From NCBI GenBank assembly GCA_973895155.1, contig OZ316897.1:4248211-4312210 (forward strand): DNA of 64,000 nt, read 5' to 3'. Positions 39,036-51,025 of this stretch are shown one piece after another. Every line of letters starts with the position of its first letter. Within the stretch, counting starts at the first letter, position 1. The notes under the pieces are model-generated. The model ran no database searches and had not been told where the DNA came from. It worked only from the letters and a program-made list of their open reading frames with translations. Origin of the DNA: Marsupella aquatica (taxonomy: Eukaryota > Plantae > Marchantiophyta). The position numbers were made by a program, and so were the translations under genes.

Positions 39036-40739
39036 CAAAACTTGGGGAAATGAAGTAGTGCCCCAACCTGAAGTGGTGGTTGTGAAGCCTGGCCCCCGTC
39101 TCTCTCTTGTTGAAATTGAGCAGCATCTGCTGCTCACCATGTGCGGAGCTCCTGAACTCTCGGTTGGGTAGAATTTAGTAACCATGTCATAATAGTAGAG
39201 TGTGTGATATCCTATCATAACAAAGATCTAAGCTCCTCCCACTCATCCCACTTTTTAGGTGGAACCCGGATTTTTGGCTTGGCATCCGGTCTCCATCTCT
39301 TCTTATAGTCTATATCATCACTCAGATGCCTCTGTCTAGGTGGACCACCCCCTCTCGGAGGGCATTTCTGCCTCCCGTGTGGAAGATCAGGAGACTGGCC
39401 CCATTACTCATACTACTATACCCCAAAGCCTAAACCCTATATATGTAGAGCCTAGCTAGAAAAAATCTAACCTAAAAATCTAACCTAAAAATGGAGATTG
39501 AATGCCAAGCCAAACCCAGTGATTGACCAAAGATTGTCACTCACATGAAGAAAATTACAAAACTATAGCAAAACAAGAAATCTAACCACCAAATGGATAG
39601 AATAAGGGTTGAGCAACAATAAAAATAATCTAAGAAGCAATGAAAGCAAACACCAAAAGACAACTGAAGGTGGTAAAGATAGATTGTGTACAAAAATGGG
39701 GAATGAAGAATGAGGCAAAGTTGCTCCTCCTTGTACCTTCCCTCTACCCCAGGCCGTTGCCCCATGGAGCAAGGTTGTGACCAGAAACCATGGGAATTAG
39801 GGTTATAGTACGTAAACCCTAAATAAATTGGCCGCCATATACCTAATTGATTTACAAATAGTTCCCACACAAGACAAAAATAACTGCATAGTTGAACCAC
39901 AATGTGCAAGGTTTGAACACAAGACCTGTTTCTTCGGAGGCAAAGGTACTAACCAATGGCATAGGGAGACTCTTCGTTACCAGCGAACCAAGAACTATAA
40001 TTGAACATACAACTACGCAATAGGCCAGGGTATTCTTGCGCCCTCAACCAATGCAGCTCGCTCAACGCCCGCTACCCCCGTTGCCCCCTTACCTTTCACC
40101 CGCTAGTTCCACAAGCTACCTGTCCCCTGCCCGTCCTGCCCGTCCTGCCTGGCCTGCCCGAACATTTGAAATTCAAATTTCCTCTCTAAACCAATCAGAA
40201 TGCTTCATTTGTTTTCTTGTTTTTCTAGCTCATTTTTTGTGCTTTTTGAGTGCTGGTTTTTGTCAGACGTAGATCTTTGAAAGAGCGTCATTTTGAGTCG
40301 TATATCGCCTGATTTTGTGCATGGATGAGATGTTTGTGAGTAACAATTGGAGGGTCATGGATGAGCGCCCGTTCGCAAACGCGACGATTGTATTTTTTGT
40401 ATGTTAACTCCGGGTCATTCGAAGTTTAAATATAATTAGTTGTGGTTTAAGAGAAGAAATTCATCTTTGCCAATAGAACAACGGATGTACATTTTTTGGT
40501 AGACAATAATAAATAAGGTACTCTTATTAAGTAAAGGGGCATGTATATTTGAAGAGTTCATTCAATTTGATTTATTAAATTTATATTTTCAATTAATTTG
40601 ACACATTTGAGGATCTATTGAAGAAAATTTTACAAAAGCAAGATGTCAATTGTGCAACCATTTTCAATTGGTATGGAGTTAAAGTTACTGAATTGGGACT
40701 CATATGATTTAACAACTCAATTTTAACCACTTGCCAATC

Positions 40740-41110
40740 AAACTCCCCAACCAAACTCTCTATACTCAACCCTACAACACACCACTCCCAAACTCCAAAC
40801 TGTCCCACCCAACTCTCACAAACCTCACAAACCACCCCAACCCCTAACACACCCCCACCACAATCAACCCTGTAACACACCACTCTCAAACTCCAAACTG
40901 TTTCGTCCAACTCCCACAAACCCCACCACCTCAAACCCCTATGTACCCTCAACCCCCACCACTCTCAACTCTGCAACACACCACTCCCAAACTCCAAACT
41001 TGCCCAACTCCCAACACACCACTCCCCAACCAAACCTCTCAAATCCCTCAACACACCATTCCCCCACTCGCCAACCAAAATCCCCAACCAACTCTCCACC
41101 CTCAACCCTC
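40740..41110. repeat. C/A-rich degenerate tandem repeats (ACACCACTCCCAAACTCCAAACT, ~97-bp spacing)
   Basis: The motif recurs at ~40779, 40877 and 40977. Confidence 0.6.
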
Positions 41111-41319
41111 ATTGGAATTTTACATGTTAAATCAATTTTACATTAAATCAAAATTCCAAAATGATAAACATTGAAAGTCTTGATTTTTTTTTGAAAATAA
41201 ATAAAATATTAAAAAATTATCTTTCTTAAAAATTAAAAATGTGAAGAAAGTTACATATTTGTTGTCATTTAGTTATGTTTGGAGTTCATGAGGCGAAGGT
41301 GGCTACATCTTCTTACACC

Positions 41320-41990
41320 GGATATTTTCCCCTCAACATCTTTTTCTCACCTCAAGATCTTTTCTCATCTAGCTTCACATCTTTTTCTCACATTGACACC
41401 TTTTCTCACCTAGACACCTTATCTTTTCTCATTTCCTCACTTTTTTTCTCACCTTGACATCTTTATTTCATCATAATATCTTTCCCTCATCCTCAATATA
41501 TTTTCTTTCATCAACATCTTTTTTAATCTCAACATCTTTCTCTCACTTCAACATCTTTTGAACATTCAATGCATAGGCATTGGGCTTGATGCTTGACATC
41601 TTGCCCTCTCCTCGACATCTTTCCCTCTCCTTAATATCTAGCCCTCACATTGACATCTTGCCCTCACCTCGACATCTTGCCCTCAACTCGACATCTTTGC
41701 CTCACCTCAACATGTTGCCCTTGCCTTGATATTTTTTTGTCTCCTCGAAATCTGTCGCTCTCCTTCACATCTTGCCCTCTCCTAGACATCTCGCCCTCTC
41801 TTCAACATGTTGCCCTCGCCTTGAAATCTTGCCCTCATCTTGACATCTTGCCCGTGCCTCAAAATCTTTCCGTCAGCTTGGCATCTTGCCCTCATCTGAG
41901 TGACATCTTTTCCTCTCTCCTAGACATCTTGTCCTCTTTTGGACATCTTGTCATCACCTTGAAACCTTGCTATCACCTCAAAATCTTTTG
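41320..41990. repeat. Degenerate ~20-bp minisatellite (consensus ~CTTGACATCTTGCCCTCTC)
   Basis: GACATCTT-type cores are spaced every ~20 bp across the interval. Confidence 0.85.
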
Positions 41991-43650
41991 TGCTACACTA
42001 GCAGTGGGTTAGGTAGTTACTAATTAACATTAATAATATTAATTTAAGAATAAGCCCCCAAAATTTGGGCTACAAAATCAGTTTTACCAAGGCTATTGCA
42101 CTCCAGTCTGAGTTATCAAAAGTTGCTTTACATATTAAATTATAATTGCTACTCTCCACTTTTCTCTTAATTTCATTTTGAGAGATTGAATTGATGCTTA
42201 AAGAAGCACAGTTTCCGTTCGCGCAACATTCATTCATGTCACTAAATAATACACTACTTAATGCCATGTTTTAATGCTCCACTGGGAATGATTACACTGA
42301 CAGTACGTGAGTACGTCCCACCGTATGTCAGGGTCGTGAATTTACTGAGCGCGAATTAATTAAGGCCGTATGTGGATACACTCGACTACTCGAGTGGGGT
42401 ACCCGACAAAACCGCAATCTCGGCCCTCGGCGGTCGGCCCCCTCTGCCTCTGCTGCCTGCGGCCTGCCTGCCTCTGCCTCTGCATACGCCATACGGGAAG
42501 GTACGTCCGTATCTTACACAGTACTGTACCGGCCAGATCGACAGGGCACGTATCTTACAGTGTATGGCGGAATTTCGGACCGGCTTACATGTGCGCATAT
42601 GCGTGCGCGTGAGTGCTTCCAGTTGCCGACGGATCCATAGGAACTGAGGAACGAGAATGACGAGCTTTCCTCTTGTTCATGCGCGGAATTTGATCGATCG
42701 ATTCATTTTCGATTCGACGCCTTCTTTCCATTTCCATTTCCCAGTGTACCGTAGATACGTTTGAAGATTTTTCTCCGTTGTGTTGAAGAACAGAAGTGAT
42801 TGATCGATCGATTCGAGGCCCTCTTCCTTAGTTGTTCCTCGTCGTCCATGCTCCCGTGTCGTCGTTCTGCTTTCGTGTACTGCGGAATTTAGCCTGGAGT
42901 GCGCTGAGTCCCCTCATGTCTTGAGGCCGCGCCATCGCATTCTCGTCGTGTAGACTACAAACCATTTGATCATCGTTCTTCTTCTAGCCATGGCAATTGA
43001 CGTCGTCTGAAGTCTCTTTTAGCAGTAGTAGAGCAACTCCCTCGATTCTTGTGCATTGGGCGATTTTGAATATCAGCGTTGAAGTTTTTCCTCTGCGGAG
43101 GGTTTTCGCTACTTTCCAGAGGGTGCGATACGTTTGATGGTGGTGGCAGACGGAGTGTTTTAACGCGTTTCGGGTGTATTGAATTTTGATCGGGGATCAT
43201 TTGATAAATGTAAGGTCTCTGCTTAGTGCGTCCATTGTGGATGAATTAGTTGTAGAGGTCGCCATTGCTTATCTGGTTTGAGTATTATTTGCTCTCGTGG
43301 AGTGACGAGGGGCGTCTTCGTTTTGGTCAGTAGTTGACTGTGAATGTTGGTCATGTCGACGAGTGACGCAATGTTGGCCGCTCAGCTCTGCTGTGGCGCA
43401 TGGGCGTTCCGTTGGCTCCCTTCTGTTCGCGGAGTCCTTGCGCGTGCCACCCTCTAGCCACCCATTTCATTCGACGAGAAAGGGTTGGTTATCAGTTGTC
43501 GCAAGGAACATCGTTCACTTTTTGGCCTATAGGCTGACACAGAAGAGTTTCGTCAGAGGGTTGTGGTGTACAAAGTGTGCAGTATCATAACGCCGTTGGG
43601 TTGTTGGACGAGTTCGAGGCCTCTGGCTTGGAGCGGAGAATTGAGCAACG

Positions 43651-46600
43651 ATGTCTATGTTAGTTGCTGCCATGACTCGCACGAAGAACAGTTTCACAAG
43701 TTCGCTATATAAATCCGAGCCAAAAATGACTTCGGGAGAGAAGCTAGCGGAAATAAATCCGCCGTCAACAGCAGCTGCAACAGAGGTGAGCGTGGCAGCT
43801 GCGCAGCCCGCAGGACCGTCTGAAGCGGAGGATACATTTCCGACAGGGCTTCAAGGACAGTTTAGCACCTTTTCCTGCAACGAATCGGAGGACGAGGAGT
43901 GCGAATCAGCTCCCGTTGCTGATGAGTCCGTTTTGGGAGGATTAGGGACCTTGGTGAGCCTCAAAGAGCAGCTCGATAAGGATAAGGTAGGTTCCCGTCC
44001 CTCCACCATCAGGCATTGTCCAGCAGATAATTATAGAGTATGTCCAGTCAGTGAAATGATCGCCCGGTTTTGTGATGAACATCGGATTTTAATAGCTTGC
44101 AATCGTTTTCGTTAGTCTCAAGCCTTTCGTCAGTCTTAAGCCTTTCGTACGGCATATTCACATGATTACGTGTATGTTTTGGAGGTATTTCTTGCACTTC
44201 CGGACGAGGCTTGGTTTGTTATGTTTCTCTTTGTTCGAGCTCTGAGGACTATTAATAATTTTCAATTCAAGTCGGTCTTATCGCTGGTTTTCTAAGTCGG
44301 GTCAACAGTCTAAGGGCAAGCATCAAAGATGTCAGAATAATGATTTTCCCCAACATAAGCAATTAGGCCCTGCAATGCTTTCGAGTGATTATTCTAAGGG
44401 GAAAGATCTATGGAAGCGACGTTTTATATTGTCTGCTGCCACACACGTTTTGCCAGGGATAATGACACTCCGTCCACATTAGGTCTCAGCCCTGAGATAG
44501 AGTTCAGTTCCTCCCCGGTTCTCTATCTTTCTCTGTTGATGGTCTTCACAGGAGGACTTTATAGTCGACAATTTTAAATCCTGTTTGTCGAAGCTATTAG
44601 ATGGTTTCTTAGCGTTTCGCTCGATGACACTTCACGGTGAGTAGTGACTGTTGGTTTTTTGTACTTTTCGGTGTCACTCATTGCAGGAGGATGACAGTTT
44701 GAGGCGATGGAAAGAGCAGCTGCTCGGGAGCAGTGCGCATCTGGACTCCCGTAAGAAATCTTTTCATTCGAATCGATTTGTTCAATTGGATTCTTACGTA
44801 TTTTAGATCATCCTCTATAATGCAACTTTGGCTTTCTTCACCTCCTGCCGCCTTTGTGCTCTCCCGTTTGATGCTCTTTTGGGGCAAGCTCCATTTCTTT
44901 TTATCCTTGTCAGGTTCTGCCGGAGGACTACACGTAATTTACACGTTCTCAGCACAATGAAGTTTACCGCCACAGCGTTAAGCACAGTTTCTCCTCCCTC
45001 GGGTCTTCACTGCAACTAGCTAACAAATCTTGGTCATGTTTTCTGTCATGAGTTCCGATGGCAGTGTTTATATTCTGCCTAAGCTATTTTCCTTGCAATT
45101 TTGGTTCCGAAAGCAGTTTCGAATCATGTCCACAGAGATCAGTTTCTGTTCTTGCGTTTCCGGTCGAGAGAGTAGGCTATTTCCGTAGAGACGTCGGTCC
45201 TTCACTCATGCTGATGGATGTAGTTTTCCGAAATGTCGTGCTTAAAGTTCTATTTCATGACGATCAAGAGCAGTTCCGATCTTGTTCCCCTTTCCTTTTC
45301 GTGCACAATTTGATCCTCGGGCAATTCAGCACATCGTCATCGCCTGGTTATTTTCGTGGATTGTCGGAAGAGAGGACAGTAGGGTGAAGCACACTGGACG
45401 GGGGAATTGGAGGAGCGGAGCTGTATCATTTACAGAGATAGATGTGGTTTCCATTAGCTTCATATTCCCAAGTCCTATTTTATTAAATTTCCTGGGGATG
45501 ATGCAGACGTCGTGGAGCCGGAGGTCAAGTTTATGACGCTGGGACTGACGTCTCCGGGACGACCCGCCATCACCATCCCACTTCCTCTCACGAGCACAAG
45601 AGGAGTCACTTTTTCTTTGAAGGAAGGCTCCGTGTACAGACTCGAGTTCACGTTCACAGTACTCCACAACATTGTCTCGGGACTCAAATACGTCCACACT
45701 GTTTGGAAGGGAGGTTTGCAGGGTAAGTAACTCTTCACAGACACTTGTTGTCGTGTTCCTTTTGGGCGTCAGTAGTTTTTGCAACACATCTTTTGGATCT
45801 TGACAAAGGCCTTCAGAGTTTGTTCTGGCCTGGTTTGAAGTTTTGGTGAGAGTCTTGGCGCGAAATTCGACCTGCGTGGTCTCTTGGCATCCAAGCCAGC
45901 TTGGGACGTGGGAGGGAACGGTTGTACCTCCGTGTGGTGCGTTTCGGAATTCTAAATTTGGCACCGAGTGGGGACCACTTTGGTTGCTGGGGATTGTGAG
46001 CTTGCACACCTCAAGTAACCATTGTAATTGAGGTTAGAGGGACAGGGGTCGTGTCCTGGGATTTTCTGTTGGCGGTGAAAAGGATTTTCTGTCTTTTTCA
46101 CAACTTCCTATCCGTTGACTGAAAGAACTTGATCTCTGATCAAACTACTACTTCAGAGGCGCTATTCAGAACTTTTCTAAAAAGAATTCGTCTAACTACA
46201 GTAGCATCCTAATGATTGGCTGAGCAATATCAGCCAGGTGATGATTTTTCCCAGCTGGTAATCTGTACTGTTACTGTACATTCCCAGATGTAGCGGGCTC
46301 AATCCCGCTTTACATCGTGCGTGTTTGAGGAACATGTACTTTTGGACTGTCCTCAAAAGTTCTTATTTCTCCCCCGTTTCAGTGCAGTCTTCTCTGATAT
46401 CTTTTCGAAGGTCAACACTTCATCTAGACGCCAGAATCGAGTTTGTTGTTGGATTCGACCCCTGGATTCGACCCCTGGTTTATATGCGGCCTATAAGGGA
46501 CCTCATTCTCTTTAACCTTTCTGGCCTCTTTTCTTGTAGTCACATTATTAATAATGCTAGGGTGGTCTTGTGTTCTCATAGCTCAGTGTTCGGCTCACTA

Positions 46601-47276
46601 ATGTGCTCTGTTCCCGACAACAGCCGCCGAAGATGCTACGAATATTGGAAAACCCGATTTAGTTGATTTGTCTCTTTGTTGCTAAATTATGTCGGACGGG
46701 AACGTATTTCACGGATACCTTGATTGGTAGGTACAGTCTGATATAATTAGTGGGACCTCCACTTATGCCGCCCTTCTGACATGGAGGAACCGTAACCTGT
46801 GAATGCAGTGGACCACACCAAGATCATGCTGGGCACGTTCAGTCCACAGCGTAAGCCTTACACGCAGGTTATGGATGAAGAGACAACTCCCACCGGCCTC
46901 CTTGCACGTGGTTCATACACTGCCAAAACCAAGGTGAGAGTCCTGAATATATTTCTATATAATTATGGTTAATATTCCCTGTGGGCAGATTTGTACAACA
47001 GAGTTGGCCGCGGAGCTGGCTTTAAGAAAGAATAGAATTCAAATTTGCCGAATCAAAATGATATGAAGATAAAGTTTGCACACTTTCACTTGGCATTGAA
47101 GGTGGAAACCAATGCGTCGGTTAACATGGCCAATGCTTCTCATGCTTATCCAGTCAATTTGCCTAAAATGTTAATCAGCATAACCCGTGTCACTTGTTGT
47201 GGTGCAGTTTGTAGACGATGACGATAAATGCTACTTGGAGATCGATTACTCCTTCGATATCCGCAAAGAGTGGTAG
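43651..47276 (+). CDS. Rho GDP-dissociation inhibitor (RopGDI), 5 coding exons (43651 or 43726-43986, 44687-44750, 45507-45722, 46809-46933, 47208-47276)
   Basis: LKEQLDKDK/EDDSLRRWKEQLLG/EPEVKF..FSLKEGSVYRL..NIVSGLKY..WKGG/MLGTFSPQ..EETTPTGLLARGSYTAKTK/FVDDDDKCYLEIDYSFDIRKEW*. The start codon is uncertain. Confidence 0.95.
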
Positions 47277-48607
47277 GTCGGACTGGAAGTGGGAGTGGAT
47301 TGGCGTGCTGTCATTGATTGCAGTTGGTTGGAGTGGATTGAAGTGGCTTGGTGGTTTTTTGGATTGGATTGCTCAGTGTGCAAGAATTTAGCACTCGAAA
47401 ACAACTTTTGGCAATTCAACTGAATCTCACTGGCCGCCACTGTAAACTCCTTGACCCACGTATTTGATAGGAGATTTGCGACGTCAGTCTCAGTTCACTT
47501 TGTAGCTTGTAAAGTTAGTATCAGTATTGTCATGTATAGAACTCGTCGCATTCCCAACGACTAAAGCAGTGCGAGCTATAGTGGGTGGTTTTGAACATCA
47601 CGACTTTCATTGGACTGGACAGTCCACGGAGTGAACGAAAAGCTCTTTGAACACTCTCTTTCGTGTCAGTAGGCCGATCCGTGGATGTGAATTCTGTGCG
47701 TCTAGTTTCATATAAGTAGTTAAAATCTCTGTAGGTCAGATATTTGAGCCTGGTACTACGCGTCCTTTCCGACTGACTTCATGAATGAAATTCCCAAGTC
47801 TTGTGCGGACCTTCATATTTCTCGAAGTGGCAGGTAGAGCTAGTGTTCCCTTAATATGATGAAACTAAGTAGGAGCCTAACGTAGCGAGTTGTTTCGACA
47901 CGAGTCTGTTTTCTCCGCGAATCTGCCACCGGTCCGCAGGGTACAAATACGTACATTCGGTTTGATTGTCACGAGCTGCGCAGCAATGCTGGGAAATGGG
48001 GTCCACTTTTTAGCCAACCAAATTCGTCTCTCACGGTCCTTGGTCATTGAGATGGCTACCGGGACAGAAAATTGCAAGTTTACAGTAAAGCAAGTCCTCG
48101 AGAATCCCTGTCACTTTCTTTGCAATTAGTTGGACTCATCATTGTGAACAGAAATTACGAAAGACTACTCCCTACGTGGCATAGGTGAAAAAATTGCAGA
48201 GGCTTTCCGCAGATTGCACGAACATAAATCAGGTCTACAGCTAGTCCTTGTTGATCCAAGATCCTATTTTAGTTTTGATACTAATGTTTACGAAGTACAG
48301 AGACACGAGTACCACCACCCTTGATTCAACAAGACAGAGTACCCAATCTTTGATCCCACTCAGTAATGCGTCTAATGTCTATCCTCCAAAACTAATAGTT
48401 ACAGGAGCTCAGGGTCTTTCCATCTTTGCATACAAAGCCTGCTGGAAACGGAAACCAAAACCAAAACTTTTAGCTTGTGGGAAGTTGAGTATGATCAAAA
48501 TCTAGGATTGGGACAAAATGCTGCACTGCTGGGTTTGTCAGCTTCTCTATGAAGGAAGTCATGTAATAACTACAGTAGAGGACTAGCCAGACAACCCGCC
48601 AACATTG

Positions 48608-48684
48608 GTGTGCCTTAGAAGTATAGGTTAGTAAACCACTTAACGTGGGTGTGCCTTAGTAGTATTGGTTAGTAAACCACTTAC
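48608..48684. repeat. ~40-bp tandem duplication
   Basis: GTGTGCCTTAG(A/T)AGTAT(A/T)GGTTAGTAAACCACTTA occurs twice. Confidence 0.7.
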
Positions 48685-51025
48685 ACTTGGACGCACTCTT
48701 ATATACATACGAGCCCTATGCCAGTGCTTTGCACTGTGCAAGGAGGGCAGGCCCATAAGGATTGGTCGGGGGCATTACGGTGGGGCAGCGGGAAGCAAAT
48801 ACGTGATAGGGGTGTATATTTCTCTCATCAATGGTGAGCAAAAACAGCTAATCAAATCCAACAGCTGTGGATCTTTCCCGCCCAGAAGCTTTTTTGTATG
48901 GGGACGAACGGCGAAACAAGACGGGATCCCTTATTATAGTTGTAGATTGTATCCGACTTGCCATCTAGGCTGAAGGTGTATGGGCCCTTCTGCCACTTGA
49001 GGTAAACTTATTCTATCCTAGCCCCATTTACAAGAACCGGTGTAGGGGGTGCATGGAAGCTCCCCTATATGATCAGACCCTAGATTGGACACCCTTGCAG
49101 AGACCAGCAAGGAATGTGGCAGGATGAGTCTGGGTGCAAACCAACCACAGCTAATCCACTTGATTTGCTAGTGAACTGCTGGTTGGATCAACTAGAGCCC
49201 TGCATGGGAGTCCCATCTCGTGGGTTAAGAGCAAATTACCTGCTCCCTAGCAGACCTTGCCTGTAGAGTTCCTTCCCCCAACTAGTTTTGGTCATGCTTT
49301 CTGATAGGTGATATTAATACTAATTTACTGAAGTATTTGCTGGTCTGAACTTATTATTGATCGACACTGCCGTTAGACCAGGTCTAAAAACCTTTCCTTT
49401 CAAATTTAATTCTGCAAGGCTAACCTAGACATCCTAATTAACTTTCATGGGGTGGTGTACTGGGAATAATTTGTGCCCATTATGGTGAGCCTATAAGGGA
49501 CACCCTCCCCCTTGCCCATATCCTAAGTTTTCCCTAATCTGTCCTGAGGAAATTGTTGAATGTTACTATTTCTCTGCGTGCATACACAACTGATGAGAGC
49601 CAATTTGAACCAAAGTTTTGCACTAAATGATTGCTAGTCATTGTTTAAAAAACAAGGAATCTGACCTTGAGCGAGCCGTACAGCTGGCTTTCAAGAGGGA
49701 ATATACCTGGTTTTATAATTTTTCTATTCTTTTTCATATGACTGCAAGCCGTTGTTGTTGTAAGTCACTTCAGGTCAAAGTTTTCAATTGGATTCCCTCC
49801 CTTTCAAAACGCATATTTCTTATTGAAATTTGCTCCACAAAATGAGGCATGGGTGAAATACTTGCAACAACACTCTATTTTTATGCATGCAGAATGAATT
49901 TTTAGAGTGTCTGCCGTGTGTGACCAATACTTCCAATATTGGATGATTACTAAAAGATTGTTTTATATGAACTTGAATAAGTAAAATCGTGCTGCTTGTA
50001 TGAAAGAAAAAAACAATCTCTCAAGCATGTGTTGAGAAATGAATTCCCTGTCACCCTTCCCACTGCCCCATGAGTTGTAGGATCCCCAAAGTGTGAGAAT
50101 GCGGCCAGCATGATGGCCTATTTCTGATTGAACTAATGTTTTTATTAACTATGCTTCAAATCTACTTTCAGCTGATTTCTATATCGATTAAAAAAATGCA
50201 TCTAATGGCATGAATGTGGTTTTGTTTTGTCACCTCCAGGATTCGTCATAGGAGAGGATGGAGCTTAGGGATATTCTAGGAATGGAGCTTGCCAACCACA
50301 AGGTGCACAAAGTTTGATGAATTTGCACTATTTTTGCAACTCAAGATCGTTACTCTACTTGAGTTGGAAAGAAAGTAGTAATGGGAAAGATCCGTTCATG
50401 CATCTCCTTGATTTCAACAGGCTCAGTGCAAGAGCTCGGCAACAAGCTCGTCAAGGGCCAGGTCCATAGTTGATTAGCCTCTCACATTGAATAAACTTTC
50501 ATGAAGTCTTGGAAGTGTAGGCCAAATAAGACTGAAGTTGAATGGTTTAATAGTTTGAGATGTTGGGAAGCATTCTTTCCAAGGATTTTGAGGAGGCTAG
50601 AGATCAGAGGCAGGCGGCGGATACTCCAGAAGCTAGGCACTTAATAGAATCACCTATAGTATCTTCCACCACCATCTGGAAGTCCTGACATTCGTGGCCT
50701 TGGAGGTCCTCGGATGTGTGAACTTGTATGTCTCTATTGGTTGCTTAGGACTGCCTGGACAGGGACCTGTTTTGGATCTCCTGAAAAAAAGTTGGGTTGT
50801 GGCAGATCTCAGAGGGAGAGAGAGCCTTCATCTAACCCGGCTGTCTATTTACACTACTGCCCTATGATCATTTGTCCATCTATTCTACATTCTTTTCTTG
50901 GCTTGGCAAAACTACACCGTCGAAGCTCAGTGTCTATATACAGGCGCACTTTACAATGTCTGCTACGAGACTATACACAAGGACATATGCAACAAAAAGA
51001 CGACTGCAGTATCGCTTGCTGTATG

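Larger units (their letters stand above)
26290..39365 (-). mobile_element. Mutator-like DDE transposase pseudogene with introns, interrupted by the 27613-38201 retroelement and truncated at 26290
   Basis: Core YLDTRWDSSRSGFHGT...YMEDRGTKKAL...EVIHDDKATI...NQKDL*HKAKNL at 26560-26860. N-terminal exon MPSERGG..IRVPPKKWDEWEELRSLL starts at 39365. The frame reads through the empty insertion site (YRDDGPD-ALTALG). Confidence 0.75.

Noticed and set aside
41320-41990. CRISPR-like array or ORF 41650-42012
   Set aside because: Contiguous degenerate 20-mers without unique spacers in a eukaryotic context; the ORF is a by-product of the repeat.
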